A stretch of DNA of 64,000 nt from Trichormus sp. ATA11-4-KO1 (GTDB taxonomy: Bacteria; Cyanobacteriota; Cyanobacteriia; Cyanobacteriales; Nostocaceae): the NCBI GenBank assembly GCA_019358915.1, contig JAHHIM010000006.1, positions 96,001 to 160,000 on the forward strand, in the 5' to 3' direction. Below the pieces are notes generated by a model, which was not told the DNA's origin, searched no databases, and saw nothing but the letters and a program-made list of their open reading frames with translations. This document shows positions 9,358-18,650 of the stretch, in pieces. Made by a program: the position numbers and the translations under genes. Numbering within the stretch: the first letter of the stretch is position 1; the number at the start of each line of letters is the position of its first letter.

Positions 9358-9729
9358 CTATTCACCACATTGTAAAAGTTGTGCTTGAGGATAGACTTTT
9401 TTTAATTGTGATTGGCGTTCTGGGGATGATCGCCCGTAAGTTGATGACTGTAGTAGTGTTTGGGGTTCAGGTGGAATTGATAGGTTTTCTTCTCCTAGAC
9501 TGCTGAACAAGATGACGGATTGTAGTTGCAAACGACGTTGCTGGTGCTGCTGATAAAGTTGAGTATAGGTTTGAACAACTTGTTGCCATTCTGCTGTTGG
9601 ACAATAGCTGCGATCAATGAGTACGGTGATTGCCGGTATTGCTAACAACCAACTGATTAGCAATCCGGTGAGCAAAAAAGCTAACCAACTCAGTCCTATA
9701 GTTTTGAGAAGTTGGGTGTTGAGGTTCAT
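9358..9729 (-). CDS. Small membrane-anchored protein with a VWA-like fragment
   Basis: N-terminal hydrophobic helix, then TVLIDRSYC resembling a degenerate MIDAS strand; co-oriented directly after the VWA gene. Confidence 0.7.
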   Translation of the reverse strand: MNLNTQLLKTIGLSWLAFLLTGLLISWLLAIPAITVLIDRSYCPTAEWQQVVQTYTQLYQQHQQRRLQLQSVILFSSLGEENLSIPPEPQTLLQSSTYGRSSPERQSQLKKVYPQAQLLQCGE

Positions 9730-9774
9730 TTGTGTAATCGTAATTTTTGGGATGAGACTGCTATCAAAAATTTG

Positions 9775-11505
9775 TTAAAGATTAGTCTGGAACAAGTCTT
9801 TGAGCAGAACTTGTACCTTTTCCGGTGTGCCTTGGTAAACACTACCTTCTCGAATTGCGGCGATCGCTGCTAATTCCTGCTGATTCACTTCACCATAAGC
9901 AATGGGATACACTCTCACCCCGCTATGCTCAATGACAGCTTTAATTTCTTTAAATTCGAGTCCTTTATTTTGTTCTCCATCAGTAAGCAGTAGGAGGTAG
10001 AATAAACCCTCTGGATCAAGTTTTTTCTGTTCCATCAGGTCTGCTAAACCTACGGCGAGTCCGTCATATAAGGCAGTTTCACCATCAGGTCTAAGTTGGT
10101 CAATAGCAGCAAATAATCGCTTTTGTTCTAGCTCGTTGAAGGGAGCAAGGGTGAGCCAGCGAGTGGGGCGATCGCTAAAGGTAACTAACCCAATCTGATT
10201 ATCCCGGTTAATTTGTTGACTAGCAAAGCGTAAGGCTTCCTGAACAGCCCGAAGACGATTGTCTTGGTGCATAGAACCACTGGTATCTACAACTAGTTCC
10301 ATATACACTGTTCGCCCGCCATCTTTACGCTGTTTCCAGAATGACTGCGCGGCTTTCAATACCTCACCAGATGGCATTGGAGGAAATTGACCTTGCTGGA
10401 GATATTTTGTCTGTTCATATCCCTGTTGTTCTGCCAATTGTTGCATCGGTGCAGAAGTGGCAAACTTGGCAAATTTATCCAAAGCTTCTCGCTCAGATGC
10501 CGTATTCCAATCAAATCCGGTTAATGGTGAATTTTCTGGTACACCGAAGGGAATGTAAGCTAGTTGGGCAAATTCTGGCTGTTTCTTTAAATTCACATAG
10601 CTTTGGTAAGCCATAACAATTGCTTGAAACTTTTGGGGATTGCGAATCCAAATTTGCTTTAAATCTAAATATGTGGGTGTTGTCAGGACAATTTGTTTTT
10701 GGAAGATGTTAAAGGCTGAATTGATTTGGGGAGATTCTAGTTCAGCAATAGTTAATGGTTTACCATCTTGAGTATGACCGGCTGAACGCCAAAGCAGTGT
10801 ATGCAGAAAATTTAACGCTGAAGAAGCAATGTAAGGATTGGAATAACCAACGTTGATTCTGCCCGTGAGAATAGCATCCATCAAGCGTTCAAATGTCACC
10901 TCTCCACCTTGAGCTAATTCTTTGTATACTTGGGGTTGAACCGCAAAAATAGCTTGGTTTGAGACTAACGCCGGAGCGATCGCTTGTAGGGGTAATCCTT
11001 CCGCTTTCAGTAATTCTAACCACATCGCCGTTGCCGGTGTATATCCTGCGGGTTTGCCCTTCCTAGCAGCTAGAATTTGTGCGCCTAATCCCGAAGGAAT
11101 ATTCCGAATCCCCACTTGAATCAATTGCCCAGATTTCAGCCTTTGTTGTTGCTGATTAAATTTTTCCGCGACATCAATTAACCAACGTTCATCCTGTCGT
11201 TCTCCATTGGCTTTCTCTGCTGAACTATAAATTTCAACATAGACGATATTAGGGTCATTGCTGGGCTTGGCTCCATACAAAGGGAAAGTGTTGGGATCAG
11301 GTACAGAATCAGCTACTGGCGGAATTACGACATTATAGGCGGCGGTGTCAGTTATCAGTTTTGATTCTAATTGAATCTTGGGTAAAAGATGTTGGCGCAG
11401 ATAGCTATCGGCACTGGCAAATGAATTAATGGATGTTGTACAAGCCCAAAGAAAACTCAGGCATACTCCCATAATTAGCCAGGGTGTGAAACGTAATTTT
11501 TTCAT
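9775..11505 (-). CDS. Lipoprotein: solute-binding-like domain plus C-terminal VWA domain
   Basis: Lipobox-like LWAC. MIDAS VVDTSGSM, GETALYD and LLTDGE motifs; N-terminal SBP-like region (SSAEKA...NPYIASS). Confidence 0.85.
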   Translation of the reverse strand: MKKLRFTPWLIMGVCLSFLWACTTSINSFASADSYLRQHLLPKIQLESKLITDTAAYNVVIPPVADSVPDPNTFPLYGAKPSNDPNIVYVEIYSSAEKANGERQDERWLIDVAEKFNQQQQRLKSGQLIQVGIRNIPSGLGAQILAARKGKPAGYTPATAMWLELLKAEGLPLQAIAPALVSNQAIFAVQPQVYKELAQGGEVTFERLMDAILTGRINVGYSNPYIASSALNFLHTLLWRSAGHTQDGKPLTIAELESPQINSAFNIFQKQIVLTTPTYLDLKQIWIRNPQKFQAIVMAYQSYVNLKKQPEFAQLAYIPFGVPENSPLTGFDWNTASEREALDKFAKFATSAPMQQLAEQQGYEQTKYLQQGQFPPMPSGEVLKAAQSFWKQRKDGGRTVYMELVVDTSGSMHQDNRLRAVQEALRFASQQINRDNQIGLVTFSDRPTRWLTLAPFNELEQKRLFAAIDQLRPDGETALYDGLAVGLADLMEQKKLDPEGLFYLLLLTDGEQNKGLEFKEIKAVIEHSGVRVYPIAYGEVNQQELAAIAAIREGSVYQGTPEKVQVLLKDLFQTNL

Positions 11506-11511
11506 GATTTT

Positions 11512-12162
11512 TTAATTTTCTAAAAGTCCTTTTTCGTTGTCAACAATCAGCATTTGTAATTGTTTAGAAATCAAATTAGGGGCATAGATTGAACGACGTT
11601 CTAGGGTTTCCAATGCAATTTGGTCGTGCAATTCCTGAAGTTGGTCATGAGTTTGCTGGAGTCTTTTTCGACTTCTTTGTAACTTTCGTTGTGCCAATTC
11701 TTGATAGCGTGGTGTTTGCACTTTTTGAGTAACCTGTAATGCTTCCACTAGTTGCTCAACCAAATCTAAAACAGTGTGCAAAGTTTCCAGCAGGTCTGGA
11801 GTGAAGGTTGATTCTTGTTGAGCAATTTGTTTAGTAATCTGCTGAATAGTTTGAGCTTGTTGCTGTACTGCTATCCATAGAGATAGAGAATTATCAGGAA
11901 TTTGGTGATTTAAATGGTTGAGATGACTTAAGAAAACATCAGTTTGCAGTAAATTTGTAGAGGTAACTGAAGGGCTATTTTTTTGGCTTTTGAGTTGCAC
12001 ATACCAGGAAGCGATCGCTAAAACAATAATCACCGCACCGCTAAATAAAACAGTCAAACGTATTCCTAGCCAAAAAACAAAGCCAAAATAACCAATCAAT
12101 AAACCAGTTAGTAGAATCTGAGTGTGAGTTAGTCGAAAATAATAACGCTTTAGTTGAGTCAT
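11512..12162 (-). CDS. Membrane protein with two N-terminal TM helices and a helical coiled-coil domain
   Basis: Hydrophobic hairpin followed by Q/E/L-rich heptads; 6 nt upstream of the VWA gene. Start taken at MTQLKR. Confidence 0.72.
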   Translation of the reverse strand: MTQLKRYYFRLTHTQILLTGLLIGYFGFVFWLGIRLTVLFSGAVIIVLAIASWYVQLKSQKNSPSVTSTNLLQTDVFLSHLNHLNHQIPDNSLSLWIAVQQQAQTIQQITKQIAQQESTFTPDLLETLHTVLDLVEQLVEALQVTQKVQTPRYQELAQRKLQRSRKRLQQTHDQLQELHDQIALETLERRSIYAPNLISKQLQMLIVDNEKGLLEN

Positions 12163-12220
12163 AATTACTTTGTTGATAGTTTTGCGAGTGTCAAAATTGG
12201 TCACCGATAAAATCATTGGT

Positions 12221-12350
12221 TATAGCGTTTCCTAATCTGCTGAAGTACTGAGTACCTCGCTAAAAAAATTGGGCAATCTTTGCGTTCCTCTGCGCTACCT
12301 TAGCGTCCCTCTGCGTTGAAAATGTACCTCACTTAAATGGGAATCGATAT
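12221..12350. mobile_element. MITE-like element with imperfect ~27-bp terminal inverted repeats
   Basis: Ends ATAGCGTTTCCTAATCTGCTGAAGTAC / GTACCTCACTTAAATGGGAATCGATAT. Bases 12221-12317 match 47406-47502 (reverse complement) at 86/97 by hand count. Confidence 0.7.
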
Positions 12351-13070
12351 CATTTTTCTATGCAAATGCATCACAAAAAGCAATTGCTTTCTATATTGAG
12401 AATTAAGCTCCTCTTGTATTTTCTCAATTGCTTCATTTGCTTTTTGTACTGTTTCTATTTTTCCTTGCTGTTCAAACAATATAGAAGCTTTTTGTAAGTC
12501 GGCGATCGCACCTTCTTTATCTTCTAAAAGATAGCGAGTCAAACCACGAAAATAATGGGCATAAGCAATATTAGGAATAATTGACAAAGCTTTATCAAAA
12601 TCTGCCTTCGCTGCTTGATATTCATTCAAACTAAAATAGCCCAATCCTCTACCAATGTATACATAAGGATTGTTAGATTCCATCTTTAAAACTTGGTTAA
12701 AATCTGTAATTGCACCCCGATAATCTTGTAAATCCATACGATTTAAAGCTCGTTGATAGAGTATAGCGGGATCAGTTTTTAGTTGTTTATTGGTTGAAAA
12801 ATCATTGCGGTTAACAGTACCGTTTGCGGATAGTTCTCTAACACTTGGTGATTGTACAACTTGAGCAACAGGTAGATTAGGAGTTTGTCCATAAACAGGG
12901 TTAAACATCACAAATTCTCCCATCGCACCCATCAACGGTAACAATAATTTAATTCCTAGCAAAAGTTTCTTTTTTTGCTGTTTGGGAAAATGAGTTAATT
13001 CTTGAAAATGACCTATTCCGCACAGGTGCAAGATATCAGTCAATAAACTTGCAGAAATTTTATTAGACAT
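12333..13070 (-). CDS. Tetratricopeptide-repeat protein
   Basis: TPR motifs (YRGAITDFNQVL, YIGRGLGY...AKADFDKAL, AHYFRGLTRY...AIADLQKA). Start uncertain. Confidence 0.8.
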   Translation of the reverse strand: MSNKISASLLTDILHLCGIGHFQELTHFPKQQKKKLLLGIKLLLPLMGAMGEFVMFNPVYGQTPNLPVAQVVQSPSVRELSANGTVNRNDFSTNKQLKTDPAILYQRALNRMDLQDYRGAITDFNQVLKMESNNPYVYIGRGLGYFSLNEYQAAKADFDKALSIIPNIAYAHYFRGLTRYLLEDKEGAIADLQKASILFEQQGKIETVQKANEAIEKIQEELNSQYRKQLLFVMHLHRKMISIPI

Positions 13071-13189
13071 AAGTATAGACTCCTGTTAGTGTTAGGTGAC
13101 AGCTAATAATTCAATACATTGTTATGTCTTAGTCGCAGTCCTGGCGGGTTGTGAACTGCTATAATGCCGGGAATATTGTTGATAAATTA

Positions 13190-13804
13190 TTATCGGTAAT
13201 ATCTTTGAAAAAATGCTCGCAACTGCTGCACAATCCATTGGATAAGAAGAAAAATAAAACCGAGAATGACTCTCATAGGGGCTAGTAGCATAGCCAATGC
13301 AAAAAAAGAACCAAGGATTGGTGGAAACCAGTTATATCGAACTGAAACAATCATTTTTTCTTGAGGATTTTCGATCAATTTGTTAAAGCGATAGTTTAAA
13401 GCTTCTAATTCAGGATCGTTGCGACGGGAGTAAGTCTTGATTTTGTGATCGCCGAAGGCGGGGCTTTGCCCATCACCACTTTTAGAGCGTAATATGGCAA
13501 CAAACTCTGTTTGACTTCCGCTTTCTGAGGAGGAATTACGAATATCAATATCCATTTTTTGAACATCTTTAATTTCTTGTTTTGATGAGCGCAATAAAGC
13601 CTGATATTTAAGTGTGCAATCTATACGCATCAAATCTATATCACGACAAGTAATTTTGCTTGGTTCACCTATCCATAAATTGGAATACAAGTACAATCCA
13701 TAACTCAATAAAAAACATCCAAGCCAGAAACAAGTAAGTGAAATACATATCCCCAATAGTATTTTTTCAGCTATCTTTTGACCTTGCGGTGATAATTTGG
13801 ACAT
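13190..13804 (-). CDS. Hypothetical membrane protein (TM, soluble loop, TM)
   Basis: Hydrophobic segments at both ends flanking a Cys-pair loop (TCRDIDLMRIDC). Confidence 0.7.
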   Translation of the reverse strand: MSKLSPQGQKIAEKILLGICISLTCFWLGCFLLSYGLYLYSNLWIGEPSKITCRDIDLMRIDCTLKYQALLRSSKQEIKDVQKMDIDIRNSSSESGSQTEFVAILRSKSGDGQSPAFGDHKIKTYSRRNDPELEALNYRFNKLIENPQEKMIVSVRYNWFPPILGSFFALAMLLAPMRVILGFIFLLIQWIVQQLRAFFQRYYR

Positions 13805-13919
13805 AGTAAGCAAAAAGATTATATTGACAGCAAACCTTCGACAAACGATAAAATCATTTGCACATCTGCAATTAAATTTTGATAATTCTGTTTTTGTGAA
13901 GGAATCAGGACAATTGCTT

Positions 13920-13987
13920 TTGATTCTGCTAAAGGTTTATCGGTGGATAGGATGAAAACTAACGAAACATTTACATAAGTTTACAAA
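13920..13987 (-). promoter_or_regulatory. Bipartite promoter motif: HLR1-like direct repeat plus CCGATA box (copy 1)
   Basis: TTTACATA-AG-TTTACAAA at 13970-13987 and TTGATTCTGCTAAAGGTTTATCGG at 13920-13943; same blocks and spacing at 15800-15867. Confidence 0.65.
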
Positions 13988-14225
13988 ATTCTCTACTATG
14001 GCAAGATGTAAATAGCACAACTATCTAAAATTGATAAAAAGCCTGTAGCGTAAACTTTTTGGCTTCCAACTTGTGGTACTTCATAGCCAGAAAATAAAGC
14101 CAACATAACCAATTAACAAACCAGTTATTAATAACTGAGTGTAAGAAAACCGTGACTTTTCATAAATGTTAATAACTTTGCAAGTAAAATTTGGTGCGTT
14201 CAACCAATCGCCCAACACTCACTAG

Positions 14226-14822
14226 CTATTTTTGAAGCGCCTGCTGAAAAGTCTTGATGGCATCAACATGATTCACCATATTAATGCAATGTAACAACAA
14301 ATCCAGATCGATCCCTTTGACTTCCTCACTACTGGAAACCCTTTCATAATGAAGTCCGTCGCCCTCATAGCGCAGGTGATAAATTTCCAACACACCATCC
14401 TCCCAAAACCACACTTCAGGAATCAAGAGCCGCTTGTATGCTTCCAGTTTGTTGATCCCACCACTGGTAAACACCACCTCTATCGCCAAATCGGGACGCA
14501 CTCGACCAGGGGCAAGTTTATAAGATTCATCTGCTTCTCGCTTGACAGCGCCCGATTCACTTTCTAGGCTCATTGAGCCAGTTGGGGTAAAGTCAAACCC
14601 TGCCACAAGCAAGTACAGTTCCAGCAATGCGGCAATTCTCTTCTTAACTGTTTCGTGTGCTTCTCCTGGCATTCTTCGGATCTCCAATATTCCATCCAGG
14701 AAAGACAGGCGATATCCTGGGCGCTCTAGCAACTGCTCAACTGCTTTGAATTCTCTCCAGGTCACTCCCTCAAACAACAGGGGTGATTCATGACGGGGTG
14801 TAGCGATCGCGGCTGGGGTCAT
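14226..14822 (-). CDS. Uma2 family putative endonuclease
   Basis: FEGVTWREF, EADESY, PDLAIEVVFTSG, IPEVWFWE. Confidence 0.9.
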   Translation of the reverse strand: MTPAAIATPRHESPLLFEGVTWREFKAVEQLLERPGYRLSFLDGILEIRRMPGEAHETVKKRIAALLELYLLVAGFDFTPTGSMSLESESGAVKREADESYKLAPGRVRPDLAIEVVFTSGGINKLEAYKRLLIPEVWFWEDGVLEIYHLRYEGDGLHYERVSSSEEVKGIDLDLLLHCINMVNHVDAIKTFQQALQK

Positions 14823-15045
14823 TTGAGTCTCCAGTCTGTTTCCAGGTGAGCAAATAAAGATGGCGTAGTCGGGCAGTTTGCTTATTTTAACTTCTTTTTT
14901 GGTTCAGGGCGTTCACTTACTGCCAATCCCTAATCCTGTAGTAATTTAACCTTGTTCTGTTACTTTCCTAAGCATTCACTGACACTATCCCATTATCTAC
15001 TTTTCCACTTTTACATAAATTGACACAACCGATTTTTCTTCAGAG

Positions 15046-15744
15046 TTAATCAATTAATCCTGCTTCTCTAGCACGAATTTTAGTGACAACTCTGATGTTT
15101 TTTCCTTGATTTTTTAATTCTTCGCAATCAATACCTAAAGCTGCTTGCAGCTGATCCCAGTAGTGGCGTACCATGCGTTCAGATACACAAATATGTGCGG
15201 CGATCGCTTTATCTTGTAATCCTTCATCAAAAGCTAGGCTGAGTAATTTTAATATCTCTGGTTTAAAGTTAAATTCTGAATAAATATCGGTAATCTCTTT
15301 GATGTGAGTAAATCCTTTTAACGCCCCATCTACTCTAGATAGCATTTCTTTAGCAGGAAGACTTTTATCAGCGATTACAAAGCCTCCTTGATGGATGCTG
15401 ATTGCAGATTTGATTTGCACAAGTCTTTGAATATAAGTACTTTGTACCAGAATATTCAGGTTAGGATATTTATGCATTATTTGTTGTAAGAATTCAATAC
15501 CTGTAAAAGTCCTTGCTTTCAATCCCAGCTTTTTTGACAGAAAAATATCCATAATTATCAAATTAGGCTGTGAATTCGAGATTTGATTGAAAGCTTCATC
15601 AGCCGTTTGAGCGCTGATAATTTTCATATTTGTATATTGACTTTTTAACAATTTAATTGTTCCAGTCAAATAGACATCATAACTATCAACTATAACAACT
15701 TGTGGTGATGCCTTTTCTAATAACAATTGACTCATAGTGACCAT
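15046..15744 (-). CDS. Response regulator, REC plus LuxR-type HTH (orphan)
   Basis: QPNLIIMD receiver Asp; C-terminal GLQDKAIAAHICVSERMVRHYW HTH. Confidence 0.85.
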   Translation of the reverse strand: MVTMSQLLLEKASPQVVIVDSYDVYLTGTIKLLKSQYTNMKIISAQTADEAFNQISNSQPNLIIMDIFLSKKLGLKARTFTGIEFLQQIMHKYPNLNILVQSTYIQRLVQIKSAISIHQGGFVIADKSLPAKEMLSRVDGALKGFTHIKEITDIYSEFNFKPEILKLLSLAFDEGLQDKAIAAHICVSERMVRHYWDQLQAALGIDCEELKNQGKNIRVVTKIRAREAGLID

Positions 15745-15799
15745 CTTTTAAGTTAAAAGTAAAAAGGCAAAATCCAGATGAAAGTTTAAAGTTACTTTC

Positions 15800-15867
15800 T
15801 TGACTCTGCTAAAGGACTATCGGAGTTTAAAGGCAAAATTGTGCAAATTTTTACATAAGTTTACAAA
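15800..15867 (-). promoter_or_regulatory. Bipartite promoter motif: HLR1-like direct repeat plus CCGATA box (copy 2)
   Basis: TTTACATAAGTTTACAAA at 15850-15867 (18/18 with copy 1) and TTGACTCTGCTAAAGGACTATCGG at 15800-15823 (21/24). Confidence 0.65.
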
Positions 15868-15872
15868 TAAAT

Positions 15873-18572
15873 TTATTGAGGATGAGGACAAGAATCATCT
15901 TTTACGAGATCGAACCTCAACTGTTCATTGACAGTGACGATTCCCCTCGTGGTAATTTCTCGGCGATCGCCTCTAGCATCAAAACTAATCGATACGCCTT
16001 GGCTTGTCGCACTAGATGCTGCTACCCCCTTGATAATTCCTGTATTCGCCAATTTCTGCCGGATATCTTCTCGAGTTATGGGTGAGTCTGATAGTTTAAT
16101 GGCTTGCAGTACCGCCTGAACAGCCTCATAAGCCAGGGCTGTCCGGCGATTTAAATCACCGCCCCAGTATTCGTTGATTTGTTGAGCAAAAGCTTGTGCG
16201 CCACATTGTTTTGGATGCCAATCAACCGCCAGGAATAAGCTATTTACTGTAGCATCTTTAGTCTGATCAATAACTTCTTGGAGGTAGAGGGGATTTGCTG
16301 CTAAAACTGGTTTTTTTCTCTCGTTTAATTTGATAATCTCAATCGCTTTTGCAAATGCTACATTATCATCAGTACCCCCATCTGCTAATACTGCCAGAGC
16401 ATCTGCATCTTGAACTTGTGGCGGAAGTTGACCAATATCTAATTTAGGATCTGCAAGATCAAATTCAGCAACTATACTGCCTTTAAATGCTCTAAGTACC
16501 AAAATAAATTGCTCTAACAAGTCCTTACTAAATAATTCTTGAGAGTTGTAAAAAGCAACCACTTTTGGTTGAGGCTTTTTGAGAACCTCAACTAAATACT
16601 GCACTAGACTCTGAGCTTCTACTCGACTAGATGAAACAGTCCTGAAGAATACTTTATATGGGTCACCGCCACAAGCTGGACTGGATGGGAGATTAACAAG
16701 GCTGCTGGTAGGAGAAATCACTACAAGCGGGTGTGGTTTATGAGAATAGACCTTCAAAGCTGCACAGGTATTGGGAGAGGTGTAGTGTCCTACCACAGCG
16801 AGAACGTTGGCATCTTCTTTGAGCATTTTTGCCACTCCTCTCGCTTGTTCGGTGTTGTTATTATCATTAGCAATCACAACTTGCAAATTAATACCTTGCT
16901 GAACCGCTACATCTTGTGCTTGAGCAACTCCAAATACGATATCTAACCCAGCATTGAAATTTAGTGGTGCAGCAACAGCAATAGTGTAAATTGGCAAATC
17001 TGGGTTTTGGCTATGACGATGCATCACAAAGGCATTATTGCGAGAAATTAAAACTATGGGGTCTTGTAGTGCTGTAAAAGCTGCTTGGCTGATAGATGGA
17101 ACCGCTTTATTTTGTTGTGCTAGATGACGCAACTGTTCAAAAATCTTTGCCGCATCTGCATATTGATTTTGAGAAAATGCTGTAATACCTTGTTGTTTTA
17201 ATGAAAGATATGGCTCACTTAGTTGTACTTTGCTGTTAGCAATTGGTTTTTCACCAATACTGATATAGTCGTCTAATGGGGGAAGTGGACTGAGGCAAAT
17301 TGAGGGAAAAATCTGACATCGGTGCATCGCCACTGGAGTAGCTACAGCGATGATTCCAGCTAAAACAACCCCCGTCATCAGATAAGGACGAGACAGGTAA
17401 GATTGACAACGAGAAAGTAGTGATGGCTCAGGCCACACTAATTCCGGCTGATTCGGATTCAGGCAAACGGCGGGTAGCCAGGAAGCGGCCGGGAACTCTA
17501 TTCTTTGTATCGGTTCCAGGCGATCGCGTGCCTCCCGTACTGCCCGAAAAAGTGGTATACCTTGAGAAAATTGCTGTAAAAAGTCGAGTAAGAATTGACA
17601 AGCAATTTCATCGGGTACAGGTTCTCGCATCACAATCACCGCAGGTACTTTCAACCTTGCCAAAAAATCTGCAATCCCTAACCCATCACAAGAATTAAAG
17701 ATTGCCAACTTTAACCCTCTGGTGACTGCTCTCCTTAACCCTTGACGTAAATCATTTAATTTGAAAAAATCGCCATCACCAATTTGTATACCACTGTCTT
17801 CAATATTGGTTCTATCACTACAACTATGGCCAGAAAAGAGCAAGATATCCCAACTGTGATTAAATAACAAATCAGACAATTCTTGATCCGTCGGCTGTGA
17901 TTTCAGAGTAATTTTTGCCCCCCGCTTTTGCAGGAGGTTTAATGCTGCTTGATCTTTTTCTAGTTGTAAACCACCATGAGAACTACCGAAAATGGCTAAA
18001 ACTTTGACTGGTGCTTTCAGGGCAGGGACTTGTTTCGCAAATCCAGAGAATAATGTAAACTCAGCTTTAGGCAGTTCGGTAAATAAATCCCAAAGATGCC
18101 AAGGTAACCTGCGCAGCAGTTCATTGGGATTATGATTGTGTGTAGGGCATCTGATGATAATGGGGACAGATTGATCGTTGTTGACCCTGATATCTGCGAT
18201 ATCTGCCCGAATGCGATCGCTCAAACGCTCAAATGCTTCATTATTAAACCAGCTTTTACAGTATTTTTCTAGGTTTCTCGTGCTTTCTGCCCAGGCTACG
18301 TTAGTTACCTGGTCTGGAACAGGTTCGAGTTTCCGGTTACCTGGTTTATGTGACCATTTACGAACACGATCTAGTGATATACCTTGCCATTCTTTATACA
18401 ACTGCGGCATTTCTGGCGCAGCAGGAAGACAAATAAAATCCTCATATTCTTTGATAGTTTTAGCATCTTGCAATACCTTCAGCGTCACAGGAAACCCAGC
18501 ATCGAAGCTACCGCCACTAATCTCCAGTACCACGGCGACATTTTGAGGATGTCTCAAGATAAAGTCAAGCAT
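15873..18572 (-). CDS. CHAT-domain protease, TM helix, LivJ-like (type I periplasmic binding) domain fusion
   Basis: LPWHLW, FSGHS (His249), LAIFNSCDG (Cys295), VMREPVPD, AVREARDRL and SWLP CHAT motifs. TM at ~397-416. AVVGHYTS, VISPTSS, FFRTV and TALAYEA binding-protein motifs. Confidence 0.88.
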   Translation of the reverse strand: MLDFILRHPQNVAVVLEISGGSFDAGFPVTLKVLQDAKTIKEYEDFICLPAAPEMPQLYKEWQGISLDRVRKWSHKPGNRKLEPVPDQVTNVAWAESTRNLEKYCKSWFNNEAFERLSDRIRADIADIRVNNDQSVPIIIRCPTHNHNPNELLRRLPWHLWDLFTELPKAEFTLFSGFAKQVPALKAPVKVLAIFGSSHGGLQLEKDQAALNLLQKRGAKITLKSQPTDQELSDLLFNHSWDILLFSGHSCSDRTNIEDSGIQIGDGDFFKLNDLRQGLRRAVTRGLKLAIFNSCDGLGIADFLARLKVPAVIVMREPVPDEIACQFLLDFLQQFSQGIPLFRAVREARDRLEPIQRIEFPAASWLPAVCLNPNQPELVWPEPSLLSRCQSYLSRPYLMTGVVLAGIIAVATPVAMHRCQIFPSICLSPLPPLDDYISIGEKPIANSKVQLSEPYLSLKQQGITAFSQNQYADAAKIFEQLRHLAQQNKAVPSISQAAFTALQDPIVLISRNNAFVMHRHSQNPDLPIYTIAVAAPLNFNAGLDIVFGVAQAQDVAVQQGINLQVVIANDNNNTEQARGVAKMLKEDANVLAVVGHYTSPNTCAALKVYSHKPHPLVVISPTSSLVNLPSSPACGGDPYKVFFRTVSSSRVEAQSLVQYLVEVLKKPQPKVVAFYNSQELFSKDLLEQFILVLRAFKGSIVAEFDLADPKLDIGQLPPQVQDADALAVLADGGTDDNVAFAKAIEIIKLNERKKPVLAANPLYLQEVIDQTKDATVNSLFLAVDWHPKQCGAQAFAQQINEYWGGDLNRRTALAYEAVQAVLQAIKLSDSPITREDIRQKLANTGIIKGVAASSATSQGVSISFDARGDRREITTRGIVTVNEQLRFDLVKDDSCPHPQ

Positions 18573-18650
18573 AACAGAGTCAGACTGTGTGGGAGGTAAA
18601 GAATTTATGTCTTAGATAAGCACGATTTAGCAAAGCTAGGCAATAGGCAG

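Noticed and set aside
8919..9506. Plus-strand ORFs over the ferredoxin and its upstream region
   Set aside because: They are antisense shadows of a well-supported minus-strand gene and of repeats.
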